A stretch of DNA of 64,000 bases from Styela clava (lineage: Eukaryota), in the NCBI RefSeq assembly GCF_964204865.1, contig NC_135253.1, positions 14,384,001-14,448,000 on the forward strand, read 5' to 3'. Shown here in pieces: positions 1 through 14,131 of this stretch. Each line of letters starts with the position of its first letter. Position 1 is the first letter of the stretch. Below the pieces are notes generated by a model. That model saw only the letters and a list, made by a program, of their open reading frames with translations, was not told where the DNA came from and searched no databases. A program made the translations under genes and the position numbers.

Positions 1-446
1 CATGTTAAATTTCAGACTCAGAGTCCCTGCATATGGGCGGGTCGGCAACCTTTAGCACTGAAAGAGACATTTGCCATCCTTTTCATGTAACTCAAACCTA
101 CTGAGCCGCAACAACTAATCTAATGTCAGCGGCTATTAAAAATCTCGGAAAACCACTTATGATGCAATATTCTAGTTTTTACCAAGAAAAAGCCAAATAA
201 ATGATGAATGATGCAATAATTCAGTTCACGACAAATTGAGAACTTGGAAAATGAAAAGAAAATTCTTGTTTCGACAGATATGAATTACCTTAATGCGACC
301 CCCTAACTTTCATTGAATCCCTACGGCTTCCCACAAAAAACTATTGTAGCCACTTTGATTAACGCGAAAAACAAAATGCCACATGCAGTTCCAGAACCAC
401 AGGTTGCTGATTATTGCACTATGGAAATGTTTTCTAGCAGACATAC

Positions 447-3400
447 CTCCGATAAATAATAATATTTTTCACTGTAGTGATGAGCCACTTCCCTGTAAAT
501 ATTTCGAGCTTCGCATGCAACGATGTGAACTGTTTCTGCGAATTGACGGAAGCACAAAAGTGCAATAAGTACAACACGATCCACAACTTTGAAGAATACT
601 TTATCATAATCCGGATAATCTTGAATGATCGAATAGATGAAATCACTAAGAAAAAAAAATAGGAATTTTTCGTTAGGGTTTCGTTAAGTTGCAAATTCAT
701 GTTAAGCGAAACAAATACTATTAATAAATAACAAAATTAAAGACAGCATCCAAATTTGTTTGTTGGTGTTATTGATCAGTAATCCGTCAATTAGTAGTTT
801 ATTTTTCCACCCTGGAGAAAATACATACTAAACACACAGATCTGGGGTGAAGGGAGAATTGGAAAACCAACACTGGTTATTAAATAGTGACATCTTTCAG
901 AAAGTCTAACAGGAAATAGTATGAGGAGTAGTATGAGGAGTCGCGAAGGACATAGTGTGTCATCTATTCAGTAACACCTTATTGCTGAATTCAAGCAACA
1001 AATATAGCAAAGAAACAATATTTTGAAGAAATACTTAAACTACACAATCGTGAATAGAACAACAGATTAATGAGAGGAACTAAAGCAACCTTTTACTGAC
1101 CGCGTACCACTTTTGTGTTTTTTACCATGGCCGCGTACCACCGACGAAACCGCTTTTGTGGCGGGGAACAATGGCACAAGAAACGCTCTATGGTAGTATT
1201 TTATGTGGAACTACATCCATTTTTAGAGCTTCTTTTGTAGAAGAGCAAAGTTTCAACGTATTAATTATATGCAGTAACAACGTAATAATTGCGTGCAAAA
1301 TCACGAGAGAATTTTGCGTCGTTTACCGTCGGCTGTAACCCACGTACCACACAGGTTGAGAACCACTGAACTAGAGGAATGAGAAAAACCATTGGGAACA
1401 GCAGAGCTGGGACGCATAGTAGAACTGGCACATAGTTCGTTGAAGAGCATTGTTTCGCATGGCACAGGGTTGAGGACAAAACAGAATTTCCTGAGTACAC
1501 AGCCTACCAAGTTGTTGTTGAGTAGGTTATAAACACAGTTGGTCAAGTAACAAACAAAATGACATATTTGGGAAGAAAAAAGATAATATTGAATGTACTC
1601 ACAAAGCAATACTCAACTGCCCAACTTATTAGAAGGCCATGTCGCCCATGATATATATTGTCAAAGAAAATCATTAAAATGAAGTTAATGAATCAGCATT
1701 AAAATTATAGCTGATGTAAGTACTTACACCACTACTTTCATAAGTTCGTTCTGCTTCGTCTCATTCAGTGCTCTGTCTACTTCAGTAGAAGGAATCTGTC
1801 AATGTTTTATTCTAATTTAATAGACACCTTCAAATAGGTATTAAATTGGTATTAGGACCAAATTGCAGATAGGTAAATTAGAAATTTAGTGAATTGGGTA
1901 TGCTATGAAGAACTGCCAATTTTAATCAGGGTAGATAAATGACAACAATTGGTTGTCGGTTGTCGGTTATACGGCTTTATTGCTCTAAAGACATAAAAAG
2001 GAAATATTGCATCATTTTCTGATTATATCAAAATAAAACGAAACATTTTTAAGCCAATACAGTTGCTCCATTATCAATATGAAGAATTCGGAAAATTCAT
2101 AAAATTGAGAAATCGCAATACCAAATGCTATCAATTCAATTGATTCATTTTATTATCAGTCAGTTTTACAGATATAAATTTGCTATAGTAGCAACTACTA
2201 ATCATTGTGCAGTGTGCACAATAACTTGATTCTATAAATTGCAAGCGAGTTTTAATCATCCACCATGTTACAACATCAGCTCAACACGGTATATCCAACA
2301 ATGTAGGCTTCTAGAATAAATTTGGTGTCAATTCGAAATTTATTTGTCAAAGCGTAAGATAGATGTATACAGAATGTTCTCGAAAGTTTAAAAAAATGGC
2401 ATGAAAAATCCAAGAGTATGTATAGATGTATATACTGACAGATGGTATAACACACTACTAGGGCTGCGCATCTCAAATCGAAAATTATCCAAATCAGTTC
2501 ACATTATGAATCGCCTCCATCGTGTTTTTTCTTTCCACCAAAGGCGGGTCAATTTATTTATTGAAGACATATTTTATTAATGCAATTTTACAATATGACT
2601 CTTTTCTGTGTGGATGCTCAGCAAACCATCTGAGTGATGAATTTTATGTTTTCAATGATTCACGCGTTAAGAGGATCCATCACATAAAAGTCCTATACAA
2701 TTCGATATCTCAAAAGTTTTCTAGATTCGATTCTCAAAGTATAGCCTATATAAGATTCGATTCTGAAATCATCGAGTAATCGAAAATGTCCAGCCCTACG
2801 CTCTACAGACCATGTCCCTGGCAAGTGTTTGCTCAGCTCAATGTTCCGAATATAAAACTGCGGGCACCATTGTAAAACAATAAATCTATCGTGTTTACAT
2901 ACAGTCCAATTCTACTAATTCAAACATACATAACAGTACTTACATTTCTAATAGAATGCATCATCTTCAAGATGGCTTTAACATTCTTCCTCTTTTCTGC
3001 AAGACGTTGTATTCTCTTTATACCAACTTGAAGCAATCTTGTTACAAGATAATGCTCACGAGAAATAGCTCCCGATGGTAGTTTTCTACAAATATATTGA
3101 AACCTTATAAACTAACATAGGATCTATTACATCTGGCATTCGTACATAAAAGGCAAATATTGGCAGAAGGTCGTTCCACTAGTGAGTGGTGAGACATTTT
3201 GAACATTATATTAAAAAATATATCAAGTACAATCTATTAGTCCACGTGACTTGCAAATAAACTCAACCTGCCAATTTATAACTGAATCTACTCAGTGAGC
3301 CACAACAATTATTAAACACAAAGTGGACCTACCGTATGTAACGTTTTGTTATTAAATTGTTGTTCTTGTTGGTATTTTTCTTCTTATTGTTATGAAAAAA

Positions 3401-5477
3401 AAACGCTTTTCTTTTCAATTATCGGACCAATTGCTGAGGGATTCTCAGTGGTTAAAGATTGTATTTTTCACTTTGTGTTACTTTTTAATTTTTTTTTTTG
3501 GAAGTGAAAGGCATGACTCACCTGATTTTAAAATCAAAATTTATTATCTTCTTCAAGCTTGCCCATCTGATCCACTTTTCAGGAATAAGCAGTGTTTGAA
3601 ACAAAAAAGGCGAATAGATAATTCTCTCTATTGCATTAAAAGTGTTAACCTCCATTTCAATGTATCTTTCCCATCTTTCACTTTGTAGGCCTGAAAGTGA
3701 GAATGTTGGAATGATTGTTTAAACTTTCAATCAAGGATGGCAAATAACAAAAAAACATATAAAATGATATAAAATTAACATTTAAAATTAAAAATAGCCA
3801 AAAAGAAGTTAAAGAACATCAAAACATGGTATCTGTGAAAATATTATAAAGCTCAGAACAGTACTGGCTCCATCTAGCATCCTGCTAACAACATCAAGAA
3901 GACAACAAACCAAAAGTGCAGAAGAAGATATCTATAACCTTGTCTGACTTAAACTAGCGATGATGTGAGAAGGTAAGATCCACCAAATAATTGGGGTACA
4001 GTGGAAACTCCACCTACGTACGAAAATTATTACAATTTATACAAATATAATGTCCAAGTTTTGTGTGGTCTTGGAACGGATTGGAGCATTTACATGTAAA
4101 ATAAAAATGCGTCCCTACTTAAGGAATTTTCTACCTACGAAGGGGCTTCCGAAACAAATAAATTTCGCAGGTAGAGTTTCTACTGTATTATATTTTCTTC
4201 ATTTAATACAACCATATCCTTAATTCAGTCTATGACAAGTTCCAAGTAAAGCAGACAGCAAAAATTAAAGAGCTATGGAATTAAAGAAATAGAAAGAGCA
4301 AGTAGCGATCCTCTCTGTTAAACTGAATACCTAGTAAAGGTTGGAGAAGATAGAGATTGATCCTCGAAAAGTAGGAATAGTTTTCCAAAACTTTTCATGT
4401 ATTAATTGAGATTTATTACAGAAGCACATCAATTAGTTTTCCACAATTACAGTCCCTAAGTTAAGAGCTTGTGATCTTAATTTGGAAAAAAGTTTTTGTG
4501 AAAAAATAATGTAATATTGAATATTGCCATTCAAAATGAGAATTGATATTTCACATGTAGTGTAAAAGGTTAGATTGAAATTGAGCCGTACCAAATAAGA
4601 TTAGTAGAGAAAACTCACAAAATTTTGTCTGTGTCTGTGGTTCATCATCCCACGGTAACCCTCCACTTATTTTTCCCAATTTCTTTCCCTAAAAAAAGAC
4701 ACACTTGTCAATATAGATAGTCACACAATTCAAATTGCAGATATTCTATTCAGAGTAAACTGGGATAAAAATATTATTCCTATGTTGGATTAAATGCAGA
4801 AGCTGGTTATCATAGATATAAGAATGCATCTGGTACAAAATAACTGTCTAATTGATCCCATATTCGACATGGACAGAAAACCGGATGAGAGGCCGTGGTT
4901 TACCATAGGAATATGTCGTCTCATTGGCTTTCCTCGCTCCTGGAATAAATATGTAGAATAAATCCTTTCGTAAAAATGACACTAAATGGAGAGATGAACT
5001 TTGGTATACATTGAACGAACAAAGAATATAAAAACTATGATTCAAGATTTTATATAATATCTGAATATAGTTTAAACTGAATAAAACATAATGTTATTTA
5101 AAAAAGAAGTTTTTTCCCCTAATTCAGTTGATAAAAAACTAATGAATGTTTTTCATAAAATTTGCGAATTTCAAAGTTGAATGGTGATTAATGAAACTTT
5201 TTGTGTTTTTTATTATTGTTATTGCATATTGTTAGAATCTATTCGTATTTATATTCTCAAATTGATAAAAAGCTTTTTTATTTTTGTTAGTTTATATTTA
5301 ACATCCATCGAGATCCATTTTTTCATATTGATAAATTGTAGTCGATCAAAGTTATGGTAAAAAAATTGATAATCATACAAGTTTTTCATCTTCATCTTCT
5401 GTATCTGTTGGAGAATCAGCAAGATCGGGAACATCACAGTCATTATCCAATCCTCCGCTCACATTGATCACATCCAT
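447..5477 (-). CDS. Uncharacterised multi-exon protein, 5' part only (261 codons here; continues off the left edge). Exons 5379-5477, 4904-4939, 4619-4688, 3522-3690, 2944-3085, 1728-1795, 447-645
   Basis: Seven GT-AG-bounded exons join with compatible phases (0,0,1,2,0,2) into one stop-free frame: MDVINVSGGLDNDCDVPDLADSPTDTEDEDEKLERGKPMRRHIPMGKKLGKISGGLPWDDEPQ...RWERYIEMEV...KLPSGAISREHYLVTRLLQ...DYPDYDKVFFKVVDRVVLIALLCFRQF...KYYYLSE. I do not recognise the family. A likely non-coding 5' exon lies at ~5785-5846. Confidence 0.75.
2459..2798. mobile_element. Old hAT-like MITE
   Basis: TAGGGCTG...CAGCCCTA ends, GATTCGATTC subterminal repeats, degenerate 8-bp TSD cacactac/cgctctac. Confidence 0.55.
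3999..4185. mobile_element. Tigger/pogo-type MITE
   Basis: TA|CAGTGGAAACTCCACCTACG...CGCAGGTAGAGTTTCTACTG|TA, imperfect TIR with TA TSD. Confidence 0.7.
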
Positions 5478-8400
5478 GTGTTAGATAAGTATTAGAGTTT
5501 AACTCGTTGAAATAGCAGTAGGCTTTAATTGCTATAAATTTTCTTTCTATATAAACGAAGTCAAGAGTTCAGGAATCAGGAACACGAAATAATGAGGTTG
5601 AATTTTCATTGCTTAATATTTCTGTATTTGTAATTATATTGAAATTGGGTGAAAAGACTACTGCACTTCTCACAGTTGTATGGTGGTTCATGTAACAGCT
5701 AGTTGGTTATGGTTTATTCACTACCTGACTAGCGACAATGCATCCGAAACTAAAAACTGGCCAACTATTCCCATACAGCCATACCTGACCATGGATTGAA
5801 GCCGTGGTTTGCAATATGATTAGGTCATATTATAGGCTTTCCTAACCTGCAGAATAAATATAAAAACCCTATACTATTCAATCCATCATTCGAGTCCACG
5901 TCGTTTTTAACGAGCCTATAATCAGTTCTGTTTTTACCAATTTACGCCTATGTTTGTACTTTTATCCCTATAAATCTCACTACATAAATTAACTACCGGT
6001 AGTTGAAATTCAAAGTTAATATTTAACAATATCACTCGTGTGTATTATAAACACTCCTAATAAAAACTCAGACAGATATCCAGATAATATAATGCAAGGT
6101 AAAAACTATTGATAGCTTATGACAATGATGCGCCAGTCGCCTTCACACTATCTATCCTTTTTGGTATACATGTGGTACACAATAAAATATGTGTTAGCGC
6201 AATATTTTTGAGATTTCGATTCGCGTTAATGAATATAAAACATGCGCAGGATCAACCCAAGGGGGAATCTCATCAATACCTCTTATAAATCGAGTTTATT
6301 ACGTGCAATCCTTTCTCTAAAAAAAGGGAGCAATGGAAAGCATGGAGCGTTTTAGAACGTTTACATGAACTACTAAATTGCAAGCATTGACGATGAGTGG
6401 CATCTCTCTACCATTTGCACACGCGACATAGTAAATTTAAGGTTAGAAATATCTGGAATTATGGGAAAGCATTGTAGTCGAAAGCTTTTTATTTTTCTAT
6501 TTGACATGTAAGAATTTCTAAATAGCCGCCCAGAATTGACGCAAGGTGGTGGGCTGGAAATCCAGTTCACAGCCAAGGTGCACATTGACCCACGTTTACG
6601 ATTGTATTATGGCAGCCAAAAAAGAAGAAAAATATATTTTTAAATTGATTCAATAGCTATCTGCGGAACCAATAGACAAAAATATGAGCTACGACGTGTT
6701 TGTGAGCGTGCGATGCTGTAGTATGGTCAAAAACGTGTTTTTCTACTTTTACATTGTGGCGTCACGGACTCGGAGGATTCGAGTCCTTGACCTATTACTC
6801 GGATCCGTCGAATCTCTGTAATGCCGGACTCGTCCTATTCCTACTGCCTATAATCGTAATTCATTCAAAAAACATATCTATCTTTCGTATTCCATAAACA
6901 GATTAAAGCACAATTATGTAAAATGGATAAATGTACCGTACCAAACAGATAAAACCAGGCTTATGAAAATAAACTAAACCTTTGACCGATGACAACACAC
7001 AGGAGTAATCTGAAATCGACTCAATGAACAGAATAAAAACTACTGCATCAGTGTATGGGCAGATCGGGGACAACACCGTTTGTACAGTCAGAAATATGAT
7101 GCATGGCAAATACCGGTACCGGTAGGCCTTCAAAGTTGTACATTCAAATGCGATATGGTCATACAGCCTATCTAATAACGGTACTAAATAACGTTGTGGC
7201 ATGGTCAAAATACGCAATCAAATTAACAACAACATTAGTGATAACGAAAAATTGAAATAACAGAAAATCAACGCGGACTTGAACTAACTCACCAGCATTC
7301 ACGGTTCTGAGGTACAGCTCTCTACTACCATCGGTGGTCATTATACTGAAGAACCTATGTTGGCACCAGGGGAATACCCCAGAATAAGTTGAAGGTAAAA
7401 GTGCTGACGCGTTCGAAACGATCGATATGGTGTTTGTTGGTTTCATTTAAACATGAGGTACGCGCTAATGGCGTGGCTTATTGCCTGTCATTAGAAGACG
7501 ATGAAAGTTATGTTTCAGCAACACGTTCCATTCAACAAAATTGCTCATTTCCATCATTTATTAGTTACTGTATTAGGACTATTTCGCTTAAAATTTTCCC
7601 AGTTGAATTGTCATCCACGTTACTGCGTTTAAACGGGTATTTAGAACTTGCAACTTTTCTACAAATCTACGTATTTTACTTGAACGCTATTTCTCATTCT
7701 ATTTTTATATACTTTTCGATTTCTATAGGATATTTCCACTACAAATTCTGTCTATTTTGCAGATATTGCTAACCCTGTAGGCTAAGATCGTGAATATATA
7801 CTTCTACGGTTGATTACGTCAGACCAGTCGGCCATCTGTTCAACAAAGTTCATTGCTCAGCTGCGCCCTTCCAGTCGGATAGGGTACCCAACGGGTAATG
7901 CGTTAGCCTATCCGGTAGTCATTGGATCTTCGTATGCATACTTTAAATATGGCCCAATATTCTTTTATTTGTGACATAACTTTGGTTTTTTGCAGACTTA
8001 TATATGTGAATGAAGAAGTGTATAGCCGATTAACACAAATCCCATTTCTACGCCTGGCACCGAAAAATTCAAGTCAGCTTTTTTTTTAATTTTGCATTCA
8101 ATACTGTTACAAGAGGGTAAAGGCCTACTCAAACATACCACGCATCGGTACGGTACATTAAGGCCTTAGCTGTTCAGCTGAGAACCGAGTGACAAATGAA
8201 GCGTTGTTGTGAATTAAAATGTAAAACAGCAAGTTTGTGGTCGGAGTGGAATAAAAAATTATAGCCTACATGAGTCGTTATTTTATACTTTTGAATATGA
8301 GGTGTAAGAGTAACATTTTTCAAACATAAACTAAACAGTCACGCATACGAGCAGGTTTCATTGGTCGAAATTTGGTTATCTTAGAGTCGGGAGCTAGATT

Positions 8401-8684
8401 CATAGTCATACTTGTTTGAACTCGGAGCAAAGTGCCGCCATGGCAGTAAGAAATTTGTAAACGGCTTGAAAGACGGCGTACATCAATTTTTTTTTTGAAC
8501 GGTTAATAGTCAGATGGAGCCTTGCTCCAACTCAACGGCCCAGCAACCCTGGTTTATATATTATTAGGCTGAACAATTCTATTTTATGAAATCTATTTGC
8601 CGATAATAAGTGATAATTTTAGTACGATAATATATATATTTTATAAATAAAAAGAAGCATTTGTTCTGATGCACATGTAATCAT

Positions 8685-11600
8685 TCAATCATTCTTTTGC
8701 TTGTTTGCAAAATGAGCTGCAAGTAATGCCACAGTATTTTTATCGTTGAGAAAATTAAAGTAATCTGTAGTGGCCGAAGTACTAGTATTTAATAAGAAGC
8801 CGAAACTACAAATAGACGTAGTGAAGTATAAAAAACAAATGAATGCATTGACGAGGAATAATCCAATTGTTTCCGCCTTTCTTGGTATTGTACATAACAT
8901 ACATACATTTTCGTGATAAAGAACGTCGCACCTGCAAAATACAAAAATGAACAAGATCGATAATTTTTTGTAGTGTAGAATATTATGCTACATTGAATAA
9001 GAAAAGTGGCGGATTCTTGCTGCAAACCTTGCCAATATCATTAGCAAATTTCAGACAATCTGATCGCACGCAATATTCAAAAGTGGTAATTGCATCAATT
9101 GTTTCACTGTGTAAAAAGCTAATATATACGTGTGCTTTGTTAAAATCAACACTGTATCTTGTACCATTTTTTTTATGGCTAATCGCGCCATCAAAAAAAT
9201 TCATTATTACGGTATTGGAAAAATTGTAGACTTCTCTAATGACAGCCAAACAAACAATTAGTTTCCAGGAAAAACATAGAATCTTATATTTTAAACGGAA
9301 ATGGTTTAAAGTGAATACTCACAGAAAACTTTCCGTATTCCAACCGCTGTTAACCAGATAGACTAGGACAACAATCACTAAGCAGCACGATATTACAGCA
9401 ACTAAGATTCCGATTATTCGACTTATAAAATATTCTTTAACGATAACACTTTTATTGAAGTTATTTTTATGGCACCAATGTCGAAGTAAAGCACTCTTCA
9501 TTGGCAATTCATTGTTTTTCCCAATCGTGTCATACTGCGATATTGCAAGTTGAAAAATCGATGCGACATATGGATGTTGAGAGAAAGATGACAGGTTTTC
9601 GTGACAAAGAGTGGAAAATAAATCTCTATCTGAAATTCCGAGGAAACGTGCCGGTAAGTTCTAAAAACAATGTTACATGATAACGATACTTAATTTCAGA
9701 TATGTAAGAGAAGAGTTGCCTTTAGAAATTGTTGAATATTGAAATACCAACAATCTTTTCAGACAAAGCACTTTTATAAAATGCAAAAAGATCACAATAA
9801 AAAGTATTTTAGTGGTTTTTGAAAACAAAAGAACAAATTAAAAATGAATACTTCATCATTGCAATCTTTCTGGGCTTTGAAATTTTTCGTGCAACATCCA
9901 CAATTTCCCTTCTCTGGATCCGGTTGTTGTGCTCTGTTTTCACTGCTTCTCATCAATCCCACATTTTCGCTGTATGATTCACTGAAGAAATTTGTTTTAA
10001 AACTCATTTTCTTCCAATATGGAAAAACAATAAAACAGAAAAACATCGAATTGTAATGCAAACACACGGACCTCGAAGTGCAACACCTCACAGTAGCGTT
10101 CGCCCCTCTACCTAACATAACTGCTGGTGGTATTCAAAGCAAAGTGCAGAAAACACACACGCGAGCTTCTATTGGGTGACTGTGCATATCGTCACGCTAA
10201 TAGCCGAATTGCGTAAGTCATTTTTGGCGATTTTGAGTTTTTTTTATAAAATAGGTATTTATGTAATGCTGCGCACCTGTCTGTTAACTCAGATTTTATT
10301 TTAAGAATTCCGAAACTCATAAAAATGGAGATTTAGTATGACATGCACATTTGAGCAATTGTTTCGTCATAAAGAATTATCATTGTCGCCGCAGGACTAT
10401 TGTGACGCCGCAACGGCAAAATAACCCCGGCGAAGTATTTTCGAGTTTTTGCATCTCGGATTCTAGCTCAGCGCGTATTAATTTGAATTCATACTACAGT
10501 GTAGGAAGACGTGCACTTGTGATATTCACTGTCCGAGTGCAATTCACCTTGGTTGGCTTTCATATTGAGTGCATTGCTGTTTTATTCTTTATATTTAATC
10601 TTAATCTAATTTCGGGGGGTGTGCAGAACGTGTTATATTGATGAAATATATATTTTTAAACATAAAAAATTATGTAATTGAAACTGATTAGCTATTTTGG
10701 GGATTGGACATTGCAGATAACGAGAATCACATTCGTTTTTGAAATGTGTAGTGTTCAGGACTTCTGCATATAGTGAAGTTGCAAAATTGCGTATGTCCCC
10801 AAGTCATAGACACATTTCTGCCTAAGTCACAGTGCGCCATTATGACGTCACTTAACTGCGTCATACAAATTAACTTAAATCCGGCTACGATCAAAAAATT
10901 GACCATGGCAAATTATTGACTCTCAATGGCACAACAATATCATTAGGAAGATTTTTACGTTTTTCTCTAAACTGCTAAAAATGACTTACGCAATTCGGTT
11001 ATTAGCGTGACGATATTACATTCACTATTTTTATCACAATTTTCAACAACGCCAAATGCATAATTCGAAATAATTATTATTCAATTAATGAAAAAATATT
11101 GATAAAGCGTTCTCTCTAATACTTCATGTCTCTTCGTTGTAAACATCCTCGATCCGTTCAATTTCATCATCAACACGTTTACAATTTAAAATTGTTCGTT
11201 TATAAAAACTATTATCTCTATATTATGTATCAGCATAAAACGAATAATAGTCTTGAGTCTTACTTCATGTAGATTCCTCCGGGAATATTCATCAAATTCT
11301 CATAAACATCTTGTAAAAGTAATTTGACAAACTTCAAATGTCCCATCATCCTTGCACCAACTCTAAAATGCCACCAAGCAGAAGGTAGAGCAAACGCAAA
11401 TGCCTGCAACGTGGATAGAAAAATTAATACACATGATTAAAAAGAAAATACACATAAAAAGAGTTATTGCCATACTCTGCTATCAGAGGCATCCTTAATA
11501 AAAAAAAATACAAGGCACAGAATATATAGATAGGCGGTTTTTTGAGATAAGCAATACCAAAACTGCTTCAATGTCAGCAAAATTGGCCGATAATGATGAT

Positions 11601-12995
11601 TCTGATGACGTTTCAAATTACGTATATATAGCGTAACACGTGTAAATTGCGTTATTTTCTATATCTCACTGTATTTGTAGAGAACTGGGAGTGGAACCAT
11701 TCTCGTAACGTTGAAATCTGGAATTTCAAACATGCCAGTTCCTTACATTCAAATTAAAATAGAAAATTAATTCTTGATCTTTACAATATTATGAAATATT
11801 GGCCAAAGTAACTTTCAAAATTTCTGATTGAATACTAATATCAATGAAATGATGTTCATAATACCCGATGCGATAAAATGAATCGAATAGTACAAATACT
11901 AAATTAGAATCACGAAAAATATAGTTAGAATTTCTCACTTTCCTGGTATTCCATACTATTGTTCATCTTATGATAATAAATAACCACAATTAACTAATAT
12001 ATTGTACCAAACCTCTAAGAGCATGCAGTAAGGAAGCCATTGGATAAATCTTTTGATGAAAGTTGGATTTGATAAAAACATGTTATCAGTTATTTTAAGT
12101 TGATCTTCGAGTATAATACATGATCCAACGTCGTTGGATGTGTTGTTCGATACATGCAAGGTACTGGAAATGAATGAAAAATTGTAGAAATATATGAAAA
12201 TCATAAGTTTCGTAAGTGCCATATTATACTCCCACTAGTTGTTCGTTTAAAAAACATTTGGCTTCATTCATAAGATAAAAGTCATAGATGAGGTAAATGT
12301 GCTTATTAACAACAAGATGATCATCCACGATCTTTTGTACTATTGCTAATTGCTATTATCAATGTATTTACATTGTCAATCGAGAGCAAGTGTCTCATCT
12401 AACGGTATTCGTACAATAAACATAATAAATCGTTACAACCAACGAAGCTTTATTAAAATCACAGTATATACAGAAAATAAAACTTACGTGTTTGAAGATT
12501 CCCAGCAATAAACGTTCGCATATTTTATAAAACTTCCTTTCACGTTATGAGTGTTTGTCACGGGGAAACATGACAACTTTGCACCTGAAAAACATTCGAA
12601 TCAACCTCAAATCACTATGTAAGAATTCAAGTATCATTACAATTTGGTTCGCTCTAAAAGTAATTCATTGTTTTCTTATTTTATTATATACACAATAATA
12701 TTTATTATAGTTTGTTAGAGTTGCATAAAAAAAATTTCATTCCGTTCTGTATTCAAGAACTATTTGAATTGTGTTGGTCTGCTATACTTAAACAGTTGTG
12801 AACCTTACAACATTAGATATATGAATATCCAATTTTACCAGCCACTTCCGAAATTTTCGTTACAATTGCCAGCAGAACCAAAAAATAAACTCCCAAAAAA
12901 TGTAGAAATCGATCAGATGGAAGTTCAATAACAATTTCCTTTTCGTGCTTTTGTGAAGCCTTTTCTAGTCCTAAAAATATTTCTGCATGGCTCAT
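8685..12995 (-). CDS. Pannexin/innexin-family channel paralog A, ~419 aa, 7 coding exons: 12839-12995, 12488-12584, 12013-12163, 11264-11403, 9852-9981, 9323-9660, 8685-8931
   Basis: Exon lengths sum to 1260 nt in one frame with canonical splice sites. Motifs: IELPSDR-TM1, LSCFP...YCWES, FIQWLPY-TM2-LPSAWWHF, GHLKF, TM3-ESFLC...C..CT-TM4, i.e. the four-TM pannexin layout. Confidence 0.88.
10190..11012. mobile_element. Unclassified MITE with ~36-bp TIRs in intron 4 of paralog A
   Basis: CGTCACGCTAATAGCCGAATTGCGTAAGTCATTTTT and its near-perfect reverse complement ending at 11012; ATAT on both flanks. Confidence 0.82.
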
Positions 12996-13634
12996 ATTGT
13001 GGAATAAGTAGATATAATATGTTCCGATATTAAAGAGGCTAAAAAACAGAATAAAATAATCAACATTAATATATTTGTACATAAAAATCAAACATATTTT
13101 TCATTTGCATTAGTTGGTTTATTTTCAGACACAACTCATGATTATTTTTGCATTGTGAGATAAATTTTTCTCCGGCTGTGGTATTGAACATATATTGTGC
13201 AATGTGATCGTTTGTTTGAAATAAATAACAAATTATATAAACAAAAACTGCTTTTTCAGCACTCCAGTACAGTGTTTCTTATATAATCAATTGGTAGTAG
13301 AAAAACACACAGTAATTGTTTACAGCAAGTTTTTTCATTATTTTGGTAAGTTGGCAATCATGAATTATAAAATCCAGCTGTTATATGAAATTGCTTACTG
13401 CAATTTTTACCATGGGCTAACTGATTTTAATAAAATAGTAGATGAAGGAATTAGATTTTCTTAAAGTTGCAATGAATTATATATATGCTGCATACTCAAC
13501 AAAAATTAATTAGGTAATGACAAAAAATTAATGTCTTGTTACGTTAGTATTAATCGTGAATGTCTCCGTTATGAACTCCGAAATAAAATTGAATGTTACG
13601 TTGAACACGGTGACTGAAAATTATGGATACGTTA

Positions 13635-13823
13635 GGGCCCATTCACATCTGTTCACACCACTGCGCTATTCTCTGATTGTTCAAGTAAACGTCCTGCACC
13701 CGAAAATTATGACCTTTTGACTCGACATGCGTTGCTGCACCGCAGTGTGAACAAGTTCAACGCATTGCGTTTGCGTCTACGTAAAAATATAACGCAACGC
13801 ACTGCGTTGGTGTGAATGGGCCC
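13635..13823. mobile_element. PIF/Harbinger (Tourist-like) MITE
   Basis: TIR GGGCCCATTCACA / TGTGAATGGGCCC flanked by TTA on both sides. Confidence 0.8.
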
Positions 13824-14131
13824 TTAGCCATGTAGCTTAACCAAAAAGAACATCTATATACTTTTACATTTTGCCGTGAAAAGTGAGACATGGTTTATCA
13901 TGAATGAAAGTAACATTTGAAACTATACTGACTGAATGAATGTCGGATGATAAATTCGAACATGCCATAAACCATAAAAGCAGTGCTGGCTTTTCTGTTA
14001 AAATTCCTAACTCACGGATAACGTGATCGACTACTTATTCTGAATCTTTACTCCATTTACACCCAGTTCAAAGTGTTTAAAATAAAATAAGATTGCGTTG
14101 ATACATATATAATATCAAATTGTTCATATAT

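Noticed and set aside
6400-8560. CpG-richer region with 90-127 aa ORFs and a small hairpin near 7876-7912
   Set aside because: The ORFs lack motifs and consistent splice structure, and I could not recognise a tRNA or other ncRNA fold. It is more likely promoter DNA plus repeat remnants.
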